The translations under genes and the position numbers were made by a program. DNA of 57,253 bases from Alphaproteobacteria bacterium (GTDB taxonomy: Bacteria > Myxococcota_A > UBA796 > GCA-2862545), in contig JBEIFN010000001.1 in assembly GCA_040382435.1 (NCBI GenBank), positions 1 through 57,253 of the forward strand. The letters are read 5' to 3'. Below are positions 1 through 8,142 of this stretch, piece by piece (position 1 is the first letter of the stretch; each line of letters opens with the position of its first letter). The notes beneath the pieces are model-generated. The model made no database searches. It was not told the DNA's origin and worked only from the letters and a program-made list of their open reading frames with translations.

Positions 1-2
1 CG

Positions 3-440
3 GAGGGATGGGGCGCGGCGTTCGGCACGCTCGGGAGCTTTCCGACCGTTGGCGGCGGCGCGACGTTTCAGATGCCGCTCGGCAACCGCGCCGCCCGCGC
101 CGAGATCGAGCGGGCCGCGGCAGAGGTCGCCAACGCCGAGGCCGAGCTGCAAGCCGTCCGCGACCGGCTCGGCAACGCGGCGCGCGTGGCGCTGCGCGCG
201 TTCGACGATGCCCGCGCGCGGCTCGCCCTGACGGCCACCCAGCGCGCGCTCGCCGAGGCCACGCTCGCCTACGAGATGGAGCGCGAGCGCCTGGGGCGGG
301 TCGACACCCAGACCGTGATCGATGCGCGTCTGGCCGCCACGCGCGCCGCCGATGCGCAGGCCCAAGCCGAGCGCGACGTCGCGCTCGCCGAAGTCGAGCT
401 CACCTCGCTCACCGGCGCGCTGGGGCGATGGACGCCTTGA
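3..440 (+). CDS. TolC-family outer-membrane efflux protein, C-terminal fragment (5' end lies outside the window)
   Basis: Frame is open from the window edge to TGA 438-440. Ala/Arg/Glu-rich coiled-coil segments (AELQAVRDRL, LAYEMERERLGRVDTQTVIDARLAA) are typical of the C-terminal TolC/OprM repeat. G/C-rich third positions. Confidence 0.6.
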   Translation, partial: EGWGAAFGTLGSFPTVGGGATFQMPLGNRAARAEIERAAAEVANAEAELQAVRDRLGNAARVALRAFDDARARLALTATQRALAEATLAYEMERERLGRVDTQTVIDARLAATRAADAQAQAERDVALAEVELTSLTGALGRWTP

Positions 441-511
441 TCGGTCCGTCGCCATCGATTCAGCAGTGGGGTTGACGGAGCTACACGGTACAATGTCGCG
501 GCGGAGGCGTC

Positions 512-1900
512 ATGCGCGCTTGGGGATGGTGGCTCGTGGCGGGGGCGGGTCTCGTGGCGTGTGGGACGCCGTCGGGCCCGGCGGAGGGCGACGCGCCCTC
601 GACCGATACGGGCGTTGCCGACGCACCCGACGCGCGCGTCACGACCTGGCACGACGACGTCCGTCCAATCGTCGAGGCGCAGTGCGTCGCGTGTCACGAC
701 GTCGGTGGCGCGGCGCCGTTGCCGTTCACCGAGCGTGACGCCGCTTGGTCAGAGGCACCCGGCTGGGCGGCGGCGGCGGCCGCGGCGGTGGCCTCGGGCT
801 CGATGCCGCCTTGGAAGGCCGACCCGACCTGCACGCCCGTGCGGGGCGCGCGGGTGCTCAGCGAAGCCGACAAGGCGACCGTTGCCGCTTGGGCCGAAGG
901 CGGCTTTGCGTCGGGGACGCCTCGGCCGTACACGCCACCCGTCACGACCCACGAGCACGGGCTTGCGACGTACTCGCTGAGGATGCCCGCCCCGTTCGTC
1001 CCCGACGTGCAGACCCCGGATGATTACCGCTGCTTCGTGCTGGACTTCAACAACGCGACCGAGGTCTGGATGTCGGGGTTCGAGGTCTACGCCGAGCATC
1101 CCGAGATGGTGCATCACGTCATCCTCTACGGGCTGGACGCGGGCTACGCCGACGATGTGGCGGCCTGGGACGCTGCGGACGCCGAGCCGGGCTACGACTG
1201 CCTGTTCGACCCGGGGACCTGGGACAGCGCGTTTCTCGCGGGCTGGGCACCCGGTCAGTCCGCGGAGTTCTTCGGAGACGGCATCGCCCGCCAGCTCGAT
1301 CCTGGGACGGTGCTCGTCTATCAAGTCCACTACAACACGCAGAACCTGGCCGGTGCGCCGCCCGAGGCCGATCAATCGGGGATCGACCTTTGGACCTTGC
1401 CGGAGGGTGAGGCGCCGACGCGCGAGCTCGTGAGCATCCCGTTCCCGGTGACCAACCTGTCCTTGCCGGCGGGCGCGCCCGAGGTGGTGGTGGAGCAGAC
1501 CGTTCGGCTGGCGGACCTGCTCGGGGGCGTGCCCGAGTCGCTGGTCACGCTGTTGTCGAGCGCGGTGCGGACCGTGGGGGTGTTTCCGCACATGCACGAG
1601 CTGGGCACCGAACTCGAGGTCGATGTGATCGATGCCGCCGGCACCGAGCAGTGTCTGTTCCGCGTCGAGGACTGGGATTTCGCTTGGCAACAGGCGTACT
1701 TCTTCGAGGAGGACGCCTGGTGGGCGCCGTCTGCGGACGCCTCGATTCGCCTGCGTTGCACGTACGACAACTCGGCGGCGAACCAACCGGTGTTCAACGG
1801 GGTGCAGCAGGAGCCGCGCGATGTGCGCTGGGGTGAGGGGACGACGGACGAGATGTGCCTCGTGTTCTTCGAATCCTTGATCCCGGCGGGCCTGCTATGA
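512..1900 (+). CDS. Lipoprotein: planctomycete-type cytochrome c domain fused to a PHM/DBH-like type II copper monooxygenase
   Basis: ATG 512 is preceded by GGAGG. Lipobox LVAC-G. CVACH (aa 58-62) and SGSMPPW form a haem-c signature. HHVILY, QVHYN, PHMHELG and TDEMC line up with the CuH (H,H,H) and CuM (H,H,M) ligands of peptidylglycine alpha-hydroxylating monooxygenase. Confidence 0.8.
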   Translation: MRAWGWWLVAGAGLVACGTPSGPAEGDAPSTDTGVADAPDARVTTWHDDVRPIVEAQCVACHDVGGAAPLPFTERDAAWSEAPGWAAAAAAAVASGSMPPWKADPTCTPVRGARVLSEADKATVAAWAEGGFASGTPRPYTPPVTTHEHGLATYSLRMPAPFVPDVQTPDDYRCFVLDFNNATEVWMSGFEVYAEHPEMVHHVILYGLDAGYADDVAAWDAADAEPGYDCLFDPGTWDSAFLAGWAPGQSAEFFGDGIARQLDPGTVLVYQVHYNTQNLAGAPPEADQSGIDLWTLPEGEAPTRELVSIPFPVTNLSLPAGAPEVVVEQTVRLADLLGGVPESLVTLLSSAVRTVGVFPHMHELGTELEVDVIDAAGTEQCLFRVEDWDFAWQQAYFFEEDAWWAPSADASIRLRCTYDNSAANQPVFNGVQQEPRDVRWGEGTTDEMCLVFFESLIPAGLL

Positions 1901-3669
1901 TCTTCCGGCGCATGGAGGGTGCGATGGCGCGTGGGTTGGGGCGCGTGACGCCGTTGGCAGTGGTGCTCGCGTGTGGGGGGGCGGAGGGTCTGGACGGCGA
2001 TGTGCCGCCGGCCTGGGCGCCAGAGTTGGCGTGTCCATCGGCCGACAACCCGGACTGCGCGCCGGGTGCTGCGACCACGCTGCGCGCCGGGGCCGCGGTG
2101 CGCAGCGTCGTTCCGGCGTGCTGGGAGGGTTGGACCGACGCCAACGACGACCAGTACTACGACGCTGGGGATGAATCGTTCCTCGACTGCGGGTGTGATC
2201 ACCTCTGTCCGGCCGACGCGGGCTACACCGCGCCCGACGAGGGCGAGGGCGACGGCGTGTTTCAGGCCGTCTGGCTCGCGGGTTTCGGCAACGGTCGTCC
2301 CGCCAACGGCGTACGCGACGCGTCCCTTGGCATGATCGGTGAGGGAGATGGTCTGCTGGCGAGCGTTGTGGTCCTCGATCAAGACGCGACGCGGATCGCG
2401 ATCGCCACGGTGGACGCGGTCGGCATCATGTACGACCAGGTGCTCGAGATCCGTGCCGCGGTCGCGGCCCGCGGCCTCGGCATCGACCACGTCATCGTGC
2501 ACAGCAGCCACACGCACTCGGGCCCTGACACCATGGGCATCTTCGGTCCGAGCATCAGCCGGACGGGGTTTCAGCAACGCTACGCCGATCAGATCGCGGT
2601 CGCCGTCGCGGACGCCGCTGAGGAGGCGGTCGCTGGGCTCGTGGACGTCGAGCTGCGGACGGGCGAGGTCGACCTCAACGAGGTCGGTGGCGACAAGGGC
2701 GTCGGCAACGTGATCCGCGACAGCCGTGATCCGAACATCGTCGACCCGCGCGTCGGCGTCGCGCAGCTCATCCATGACGGGGCGACCGTCGCGACGCTGG
2801 TCCACTGGGCGAACCACCCCGAGACGATCGCGGACGACAACCTGTTGATGACCTCGGACTTCGTGCACGGCGTTCGAAAGGTCGTCAGCGAAGGTTCCCG
2901 TTGGCCCGATGCTTCGGGGCGTCCCGGCGTGGGGGGCGTGACGGTCTACCTCAACGGGACCGTGGGCGGCATGATGACCTCGCTGGGGGCTGAGGTCACC
3001 GACCCGACCGGCGCGACGTGGCGTGAGGCGTCGTGGGAAAAGGTCGACGCCGTGGGGCAGATCATCGGCGAAGCGGCGTTGACCGCGCTCGACGGCGCCA
3101 CCACCGCCGTCGCACCGCGGCTGACCGTGGGCGCGCACGAGATCGACTTGCCGGTCGAGAATACGGGCTATCAAGCCATGTTTCTGATCGGCGTGCTCAG
3201 CCACCGCACGGCCGACGGCTACGACGTCAACCAGCCGCTCGGCGACGACAACCTCCCCTACGCCCCGACCGAGGTCGATCTGGTCGAGCTTGGGCCGATT
3301 CGCCTGCTGACGATGCCGGGCGAGGTCTTGCCCGAGAGCTTTCTCGGTGGCTACGACGGATCGTTCACGCCGCCCGGGCAAGAGATCGTCGATGTGAGCC
3401 AGCCCAACGCGCCCGAACTCTCGCTCGCGCCCTCACCGCCGTACTTGGTCGACCGGCTGGGCGGCCAGCTGCGCTGGTGCGTCAGTCTGGGCAACGACGA
3501 GGTCGGCTACGTGATCCCGCCCTACAACTTCGTGCTCGCCGACGCTGGCGCCTACGTGCTGGAGGCCGAGGGCGATCACTACGAGGAGACCAACAGCCTC
3601 GGTGCCCAGACCCTCCCGCTGCTCGAAGCCGCGGCCGATCGCCTGATCGCTTGGCTCGACGCCCGGTAG
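1897..3669 (+). CDS. Neutral/alkaline ceramidase-like lipoprotein
   Basis: ATG 1897 overlaps the upstream TGA (ATGA). Lipobox VLAC-G. HSSHTHSGPDTMG resembles the conserved THTHSGP block of the neutral ceramidase N-terminal domain. The ORF-track start at 1855 would overlap the upstream gene by 46 nt. Confidence 0.7.
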   Translation: MIFRRMEGAMARGLGRVTPLAVVLACGGAEGLDGDVPPAWAPELACPSADNPDCAPGAATTLRAGAAVRSVVPACWEGWTDANDDQYYDAGDESFLDCGCDHLCPADAGYTAPDEGEGDGVFQAVWLAGFGNGRPANGVRDASLGMIGEGDGLLASVVVLDQDATRIAIATVDAVGIMYDQVLEIRAAVAARGLGIDHVIVHSSHTHSGPDTMGIFGPSISRTGFQQRYADQIAVAVADAAEEAVAGLVDVELRTGEVDLNEVGGDKGVGNVIRDSRDPNIVDPRVGVAQLIHDGATVATLVHWANHPETIADDNLLMTSDFVHGVRKVVSEGSRWPDASGRPGVGGVTVYLNGTVGGMMTSLGAEVTDPTGATWREASWEKVDAVGQIIGEAALTALDGATTAVAPRLTVGAHEIDLPVENTGYQAMFLIGVLSHRTADGYDVNQPLGDDNLPYAPTEVDLVELGPIRLLTMPGEVLPESFLGGYDGSFTPPGQEIVDVSQPNAPELSLAPSPPYLVDRLGGQLRWCVSLGNDEVGYVIPPYNFVLADAGAYVLEAEGDHYEETNSLGAQTLPLLEAAADRLIAWLDAR

Positions 3670-3749
3670 GGGTCGGCCGCTCGCCTTCATCGACAGGTGC
3701 GGGGGCGGCGTTACAGCCTGAGACATCGTTCGTACGACGGGAGGTCGCG

Positions 3750-4181
3750 ATGCAAGGCTGGGAATGGAGCGTGTTGGGCTTGGCGCTGTTCGCCGCTGAG
3801 CTGTTCACCCCTGGCGGCTTCGTGCTGATGTTCTTCGGGGTCGGCGCGCTCGTCGTCGGAATCCTCGAAATCGCTGGCTGGAAGCCGGACTTCTCCGTTC
3901 AGGCGCTTGTGTTCGCCCTCGTCTCGCTCGCCGGCGTCCTCGGGTTTCGCGGCAGCTTGTTGCGGCGGTTTGCCGCCTCCAGCACCACGCCGGCGGCGGC
4001 GGGCATCGTCGGCAGCTTCGCCGAGGCCCAGGCCGAGATCGGCGCCGGCCAGTTCGGTCAGGTCAGCCTGCACGGCACCTCGTGGACGGCGCGCAACGAC
4101 GGTGACGTCGCGCTGGCGGCGGGTGGGCGCTGCAAGGTCACCGCGCTCGACGGGATCGCGCTCGTCGTCGTTCCCGTCTAA
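3750..4181 (+). CDS. NfeD-family membrane protein (YbbJ-like)
   Basis: ATG 3750 follows GGGAGG. There are two or three N-terminal TM helices, then a C-terminal OB-like soluble domain (GQVSLHGTSWTARNDGD...GGRCKVTALDG). It sits immediately upstream of an SPFH gene, the classic pairing. The track ORF from 3033 is an Arg-rich out-of-context extension. Confidence 0.85.
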   Translation: MQGWEWSVLGLALFAAELFTPGGFVLMFFGVGALVVGILEIAGWKPDFSVQALVFALVSLAGVLGFRGSLLRRFAASSTTPAAAGIVGSFAEAQAEIGAGQFGQVSLHGTSWTARNDGDVALAAGGRCKVTALDGIALVVVPV

Positions 4182-4198
4182 AACTCTCGGAGGTTTCC

Positions 4199-5110
4199 AT
4201 GTCGGTCTTCTTCATCGGATTTGCGCTGCTGGCGGTCGTGGTGATCGCCAAGACGGCGATCTTGGTGCCGCAGCAAAACGCCTACGTGGTCGAGAAGTTG
4301 GGCAAGTATTCTGGAACGTTGCAGGCTGGTTTTCACCTACTTATGCCGTTCGTCGACGTGATCCGGTCGAAGTGGGACCTGCGCGAGATGGCGCTCGATA
4401 TCCCCGAGCAGATCTGCATCACCCGCGACAACGTCCAGGTCGGCATCGATGGCATCCTCTACCTGCAGGTCCTCGACGCCGAGCGTGCCACCTACGGCGT
4501 GGCCAACCTCACGTTTGCCGTGACGCAGCTCGCCCAGACGATGCTGCGCTCCGAGGTCGGTAAGATCGAGCTCGATCGCACCTTTGAGGAGCGTTCGTCG
4601 ATCAACCACGCCGTCATCTCCGAGCTTGAGCGTGCAACGTCGCCGTGGGGCGTCAAGGTCCTGCGCTACGAGATCAAGAACATCACGCCCCCGCGCGACG
4701 TCATCGCCGCGATGGAGAAGCAAATGCGCGCCGAGCGCGAGAAGCGGGCGCAGATCTTGGCCTCGGAAGGCGAGCGCGACTCGGCCGTCAACCACGCCGA
4801 GGGCGAGAAGCAGCAGGTGATCAAGAAGTCCGAAGCGTACAAGGAGCAGCAGATCAACGAGGCCGCCGGCCAGGCGGCGGCGATCATCGCGCGCGCCGAG
4901 GCGACCGCGACGGGCATCCGCAAGGTCGCCGAGGCGATCCAACAGGCAGGCGGCACCGAGGCCGTTCAGCTCCGCGTGGCGGAGCAGTACATCGAGGCGT
5001 TCAGCGGCTTGGCGCAGAAGAGCAACACGATGATCATCCCGAGCAACGTCGCCGACGTCACCAGCGTGCTCGCCACCGCGATGAGCGCCGCCAAGATCGC
5101 CAAGGGCTGA
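4199..5110 (+). CDS. SPFH/band-7 (stomatin/QmcA-like) protein
   Basis: GGAGG lies 6 nt upstream. N-terminal TM helix, SPFH core (VPQQNAYVVEKLGKY...RDNVQV...LRSEVGKIELD) and a C-terminal Ala/Glu coiled coil. Confidence 0.92.
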   Translation: MSVFFIGFALLAVVVIAKTAILVPQQNAYVVEKLGKYSGTLQAGFHLLMPFVDVIRSKWDLREMALDIPEQICITRDNVQVGIDGILYLQVLDAERATYGVANLTFAVTQLAQTMLRSEVGKIELDRTFEERSSINHAVISELERATSPWGVKVLRYEIKNITPPRDVIAAMEKQMRAEREKRAQILASEGERDSAVNHAEGEKQQVIKKSEAYKEQQINEAAGQAAAIIARAEATATGIRKVAEAIQQAGGTEAVQLRVAEQYIEAFSGLAQKSNTMIIPSNVADVTSVLATAMSAAKIAKG

Positions 5111-5112
5111 TG

Positions 5113-5135
5113 CGGGCCGGGCTCACCCCGGTCCG
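5113..5135. terminator. Candidate bidirectional hairpin in the 12-bp convergent gap (SPFH / AbgT)
   Basis: CGGGCCGGG-ctcac-CCCGGTCCG forms a 9-bp stem with one G.U pair. There is no clear U tract, and it overlaps the AbgT stop codon. Confidence 0.3.
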
Positions 5136-6601
5136 AGGTCCATTCCGGCGGCCCATGCGAACAACAGGGCCGCCGTCCAAGTCACCATGCACGCCAAGGC
5201 CATCGGGGCCAGCCAGGCGATGAGGCTGCCGAGCGTGGCGTCGGGGCGGTAGCGGCGGACCGTCACGAGCACGATCGGCAAGTAGGGGTTGAGCGGACCG
5301 ACGGGGTTGATGCACGCGTCACCGATGCGGTACGCCATCTGGACAAAGTCGGGTGGTACCCCGAGCTGCAGCCCGGCAGGGACGAGGACGGGCGCGAACA
5401 GGGCCCACTTCGCGCTCGCGCTCGACAGGACGACGTCGACCGCTGCACCCGCGCCGAGTACCCCGAGCAGCACGCCGGCGCCCCCGAGGCCGATGGCGCG
5501 TGTGGCGTCGGCGACGCCCACCGAGAGCCAGGCGGCGAGCTGCGAGCGTCCAAAAACGGCGAGCGTCTGACCTGCGACCAAGGCGAGCACGAGGTACCCT
5601 GCCACCCCCTCGGCGGCGCGCTGCAGCGTGGCTTGGAGCGAGGCGAGGTCGGGCAGGCGTCCGGCGCGGCGACCGTAGACGAGGGCGGCGGTGAACAGGG
5701 TCGTGGCGACCGCGGGGACGGTCGCGTCGGACCAGGCGGGGACGGTTCGCCCATCGGGCCGAACCAGGGTGCCTTGAAGGGGGCCGCCCGGGAGCCAGAC
5801 CGCGAGCGCCCAAGCGGACAGCACGACGGCGGCGGTCACCAAGGCAGTGGCGGGACTCGGATCGCTGGGGACGCCTTCGCCTCGCTCGTCGGGCGTCTCG
5901 ACCTCGACCGCCGTGTGCAGCGAAGGCAGCATCGCCCGCAGGACGAGGGTTGCGGTCACGATGACGAGGACGGTGGAGGCGGCCGTGAAGCGGAGGTTGG
6001 CGGTCGCGGCGACCTCCAAACCTGGCGCGGTCGTTTGGGCGGCGGCCGTCGTCATGCCCGCGAGCAGCGGGTCGAGCGGGATCAGCAGCGGGTTGGCGGC
6101 GTATCCGAGTCCGATGCCCACGGTCGTCCCGAGCACGCCAGCGAGCGGCGGCCTCCCGGCGCGCTCGAAGGCCCTCGCGACCAGCGGTGGCAGCACGAGG
6201 TATCCGGCGTCGCCGGCGAGCGTAGAGAGCACCCCGAGCCCGATGGCGCCCGGGAGCAAGGCGGGGGCGGGCAGCGCGCCGACCCCGCGGCGCAGGACGG
6301 CGTCGAGCAGCCCGACCTGCTCCGCGACGCCGACGGCGATCGCGAGCACGAGGACGGCGCCCAGCGGTGGAAAGTCCAGCATGTTGCGGGCGATCGAGGT
6401 CAACAGCCACGGCAGCTGGTCGGCGCCGAGCAGATCGACCACCGCGATCGGCGCACCGTCGGGGAGGCGCGCGGTGGCGCCGGTGAGGGCGTGGCTCGCG
6501 ACGAGCACGGCGAGCCAGGTCGCTGCGAACAGCGCGATGGGCTCGGGGAGGCGTCGCGCGATCTGCTCGAAGCGTGCGATCGCGCGTGCGAGCGCGCTCA
6601 C
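5123..6601 (-). CDS. AbgT-family transporter (p-aminobenzoyl-glutamate transporter family)
   Basis: GTG start at 6601 overlaps the GMC stop (GTGA). Polytopic membrane protein with AbgT-type blocks (NMLDFPPLGAVLVLAIAVGVAEQ, INPVGPLNPY). Confidence 0.85.
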   Translation of the reverse strand: MSALARAIARFEQIARRLPEPIALFAATWLAVLVASHALTGATARLPDGAPIAVVDLLGADQLPWLLTSIARNMLDFPPLGAVLVLAIAVGVAEQVGLLDAVLRRGVGALPAPALLPGAIGLGVLSTLAGDAGYLVLPPLVARAFERAGRPPLAGVLGTTVGIGLGYAANPLLIPLDPLLAGMTTAAAQTTAPGLEVAATANLRFTAASTVLVIVTATLVLRAMLPSLHTAVEVETPDERGEGVPSDPSPATALVTAAVVLSAWALAVWLPGGPLQGTLVRPDGRTVPAWSDATVPAVATTLFTAALVYGRRAGRLPDLASLQATLQRAAEGVAGYLVLALVAGQTLAVFGRSQLAAWLSVGVADATRAIGLGGAGVLLGVLGAGAAVDVVLSSASAKWALFAPVLVPAGLQLGVPPDFVQMAYRIGDACINPVGPLNPYLPIVLVTVRRYRPDATLGSLIAWLAPMALACMVTWTAALLFAWAAGMDLGPG

Positions 6602-8142
6602 GCGCGTGCTGCCGCCGCGACGAACGGCACGGCGCGGTGGGCGAGCGCGTAGATCGTCTCGCTCGGGTTGACGCCCAACGCCGTGGGGAGCACCGAACCG
6701 TCGACGACGAACAGGTTGTCGAATCCAAAGACGCGGTGCTCGCTGTCGACGACGCCGTGCTCTGGCGATGCGCCCATCGCACAGCCGCCCATCTGGTGCG
6801 CCGAGAAGATCGCGTGCTCGTGCGCGCCGTAGGGGGCATCTGCGAAGGCGTCGAGCTCGCTCGGGTCGGAGACGACGACGCTGTCGACGTGTAGGCTCGC
6901 CACGGTCTGCGCACCCGCGGCGAGCTGGACCTCGGCGACGACGCGATGCGCGGCGGCGAACGCTTCGCGCAGCGCGGGGCGAATGGGGTAGTCGACCACG
7001 GGGCGACCGTCGTCGCGGAGGCGGACGGTGCCACCGTCATCGCCGGGCAGGAGTCCGTCGACGGACAGGGCGATGATCGCGTTGGCGTACTCCAGCTGCG
7101 AGATCAGCTCGTGCTGGACCCGGCCGAAGGCGTTGAACGCGACCGCGGCGAGCATCGGTTGGAGCGGGGCCGCTTCGAGGAAGAAGCCCATCTTGTCGGG
7201 TCCGCGGTCGATGTGCTGGTGGCTGCCGATCGACTGCGGCGCGCCCGACCAAGGCGCCACTGGGGTCGGCATGCGCCCGAACAACCCGATCACGGGGTGC
7301 AAGAAGGTACGGCGGCCGACGCGTCCGCCAGCCGTGATGCCGGACCGCAGCAGCAGGCCGGGACCGTTGATCGCGCCGGCGCTGCTGACGACGACCTTGG
7401 CGGTCACCGTCACCGAGGGGCCTTCGGCCGTGGGCGCCGTCGAGCGGAAGACGCGGCCGACGACGCCGGTCGCGCGGGCGCCGTCGTGCACGATGCGGTC
7501 CACCGCGACGTTGGCGAGCAGCGTCAGACCGCCGGCGAGCGCGTCCGCGATGTAGGTGATCGCCATCGCCTGCTTGCCGTCGACGGGGCACCCGACCCCG
7601 CACAGGCCGCTGTTTGCGCAGCCTTTGACGTTGCGGCGCAGCGGGCGCACCTCCCACCCCAGCTTTCGCGCGCCGGCGAGAAGGGCGTGGTTGTTCGCGT
7701 TGGCCATGGCCTCGGGCCACTCGGTGATCGACAGTCGCGTCTCGACGGCCTCAAAGTGTGGAGCGAGCTCGGCTTCGGTGAACGGGAGCTGATGAACTTG
7801 GCGCCAGTGCGCGAGGATGCGCTCAGGCGTGCGAAAGCAGGTCGTCCAGTTGACGGTGGTCGAGCCGCCGACGCTGCGTCCTTGCAGGATCGTGATCGCT
7901 TGGTCCGCCGTCGCCCGCGTCCCGCGCTCTTGGTAGAGCTTGGGGAAGGATTCGGCTTCTAAACCATGAAAGTCAGCACGTGTCGCGTAGTCCCCCTCTT
8001 CGAGGAGCACGACGGTCAGGCCCTGGGCGACCAGCCCGGCGGCCAGCACGGCGCCGCCTGCGCCGGAGCCGACGATGACGACGTCGGCGGAGAGCTCGAC
8101 GTCCTCGGTGAGGTCCGTGGCGGTCTTGAGGGTGCCGGTCAT
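6598..8142 (-). CDS. GMC-family FAD oxidoreductase, large subunit, no signal peptide
   Basis: ATG 8142 overlaps the upstream TGA (ATGA 8139-8142). Rossmann motif VVIVGSGAGGAVLA...LLEEG. C-terminal GMC block HQMGGCAMG...FVVDGSVLP. The track start at 8346 adds 68 Arg/Pro-rich residues and is rejected. Confidence 0.9.
   Translation of the reverse strand: MTGTLKTATDLTEDVELSADVVIVGSGAGGAVLAAGLVAQGLTVVLLEEGDYATRADFHGLEAESFPKLYQERGTRATADQAITILQGRSVGGSTTVNWTTCFRTPERILAHWRQVHQLPFTEAELAPHFEAVETRLSITEWPEAMANANNHALLAGARKLGWEVRPLRRNVKGCANSGLCGVGCPVDGKQAMAITYIADALAGGLTLLANVAVDRIVHDGARATGVVGRVFRSTAPTAEGPSVTVTAKVVVSSAGAINGPGLLLRSGITAGGRVGRRTFLHPVIGLFGRMPTPVAPWSGAPQSIGSHQHIDRGPDKMGFFLEAAPLQPMLAAVAFNAFGRVQHELISQLEYANAIIALSVDGLLPGDDGGTVRLRDDGRPVVDYPIRPALREAFAAAHRVVAEVQLAAGAQTVASLHVDSVVVSDPSELDAFADAPYGAHEHAIFSAHQMGGCAMGASPEHGVVDSEHRVFGFDNLFVVDGSVLPTALGVNPSETIYALAHRAVPFVAAAARA

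Noticed and set aside
472-494. Promoter-like TTGACG (472-477) and TACAAT (489-494) upstream of the monooxygenase gene.
   Set aside because: The spacer is only 11 nt, far from the 16-18 nt needed for a sigma70-type promoter. At most the TACAAT could be a -10 element, which is not enough to report.
3750-5110. The NfeD-SPFH pair as a novel system.
   Set aside because: This is a widespread, well-known two-gene module, as in E. coli qmcA-ybbJ and B. subtilis yqeZ-yqfA. Nothing unusual was seen beyond the standard architecture.
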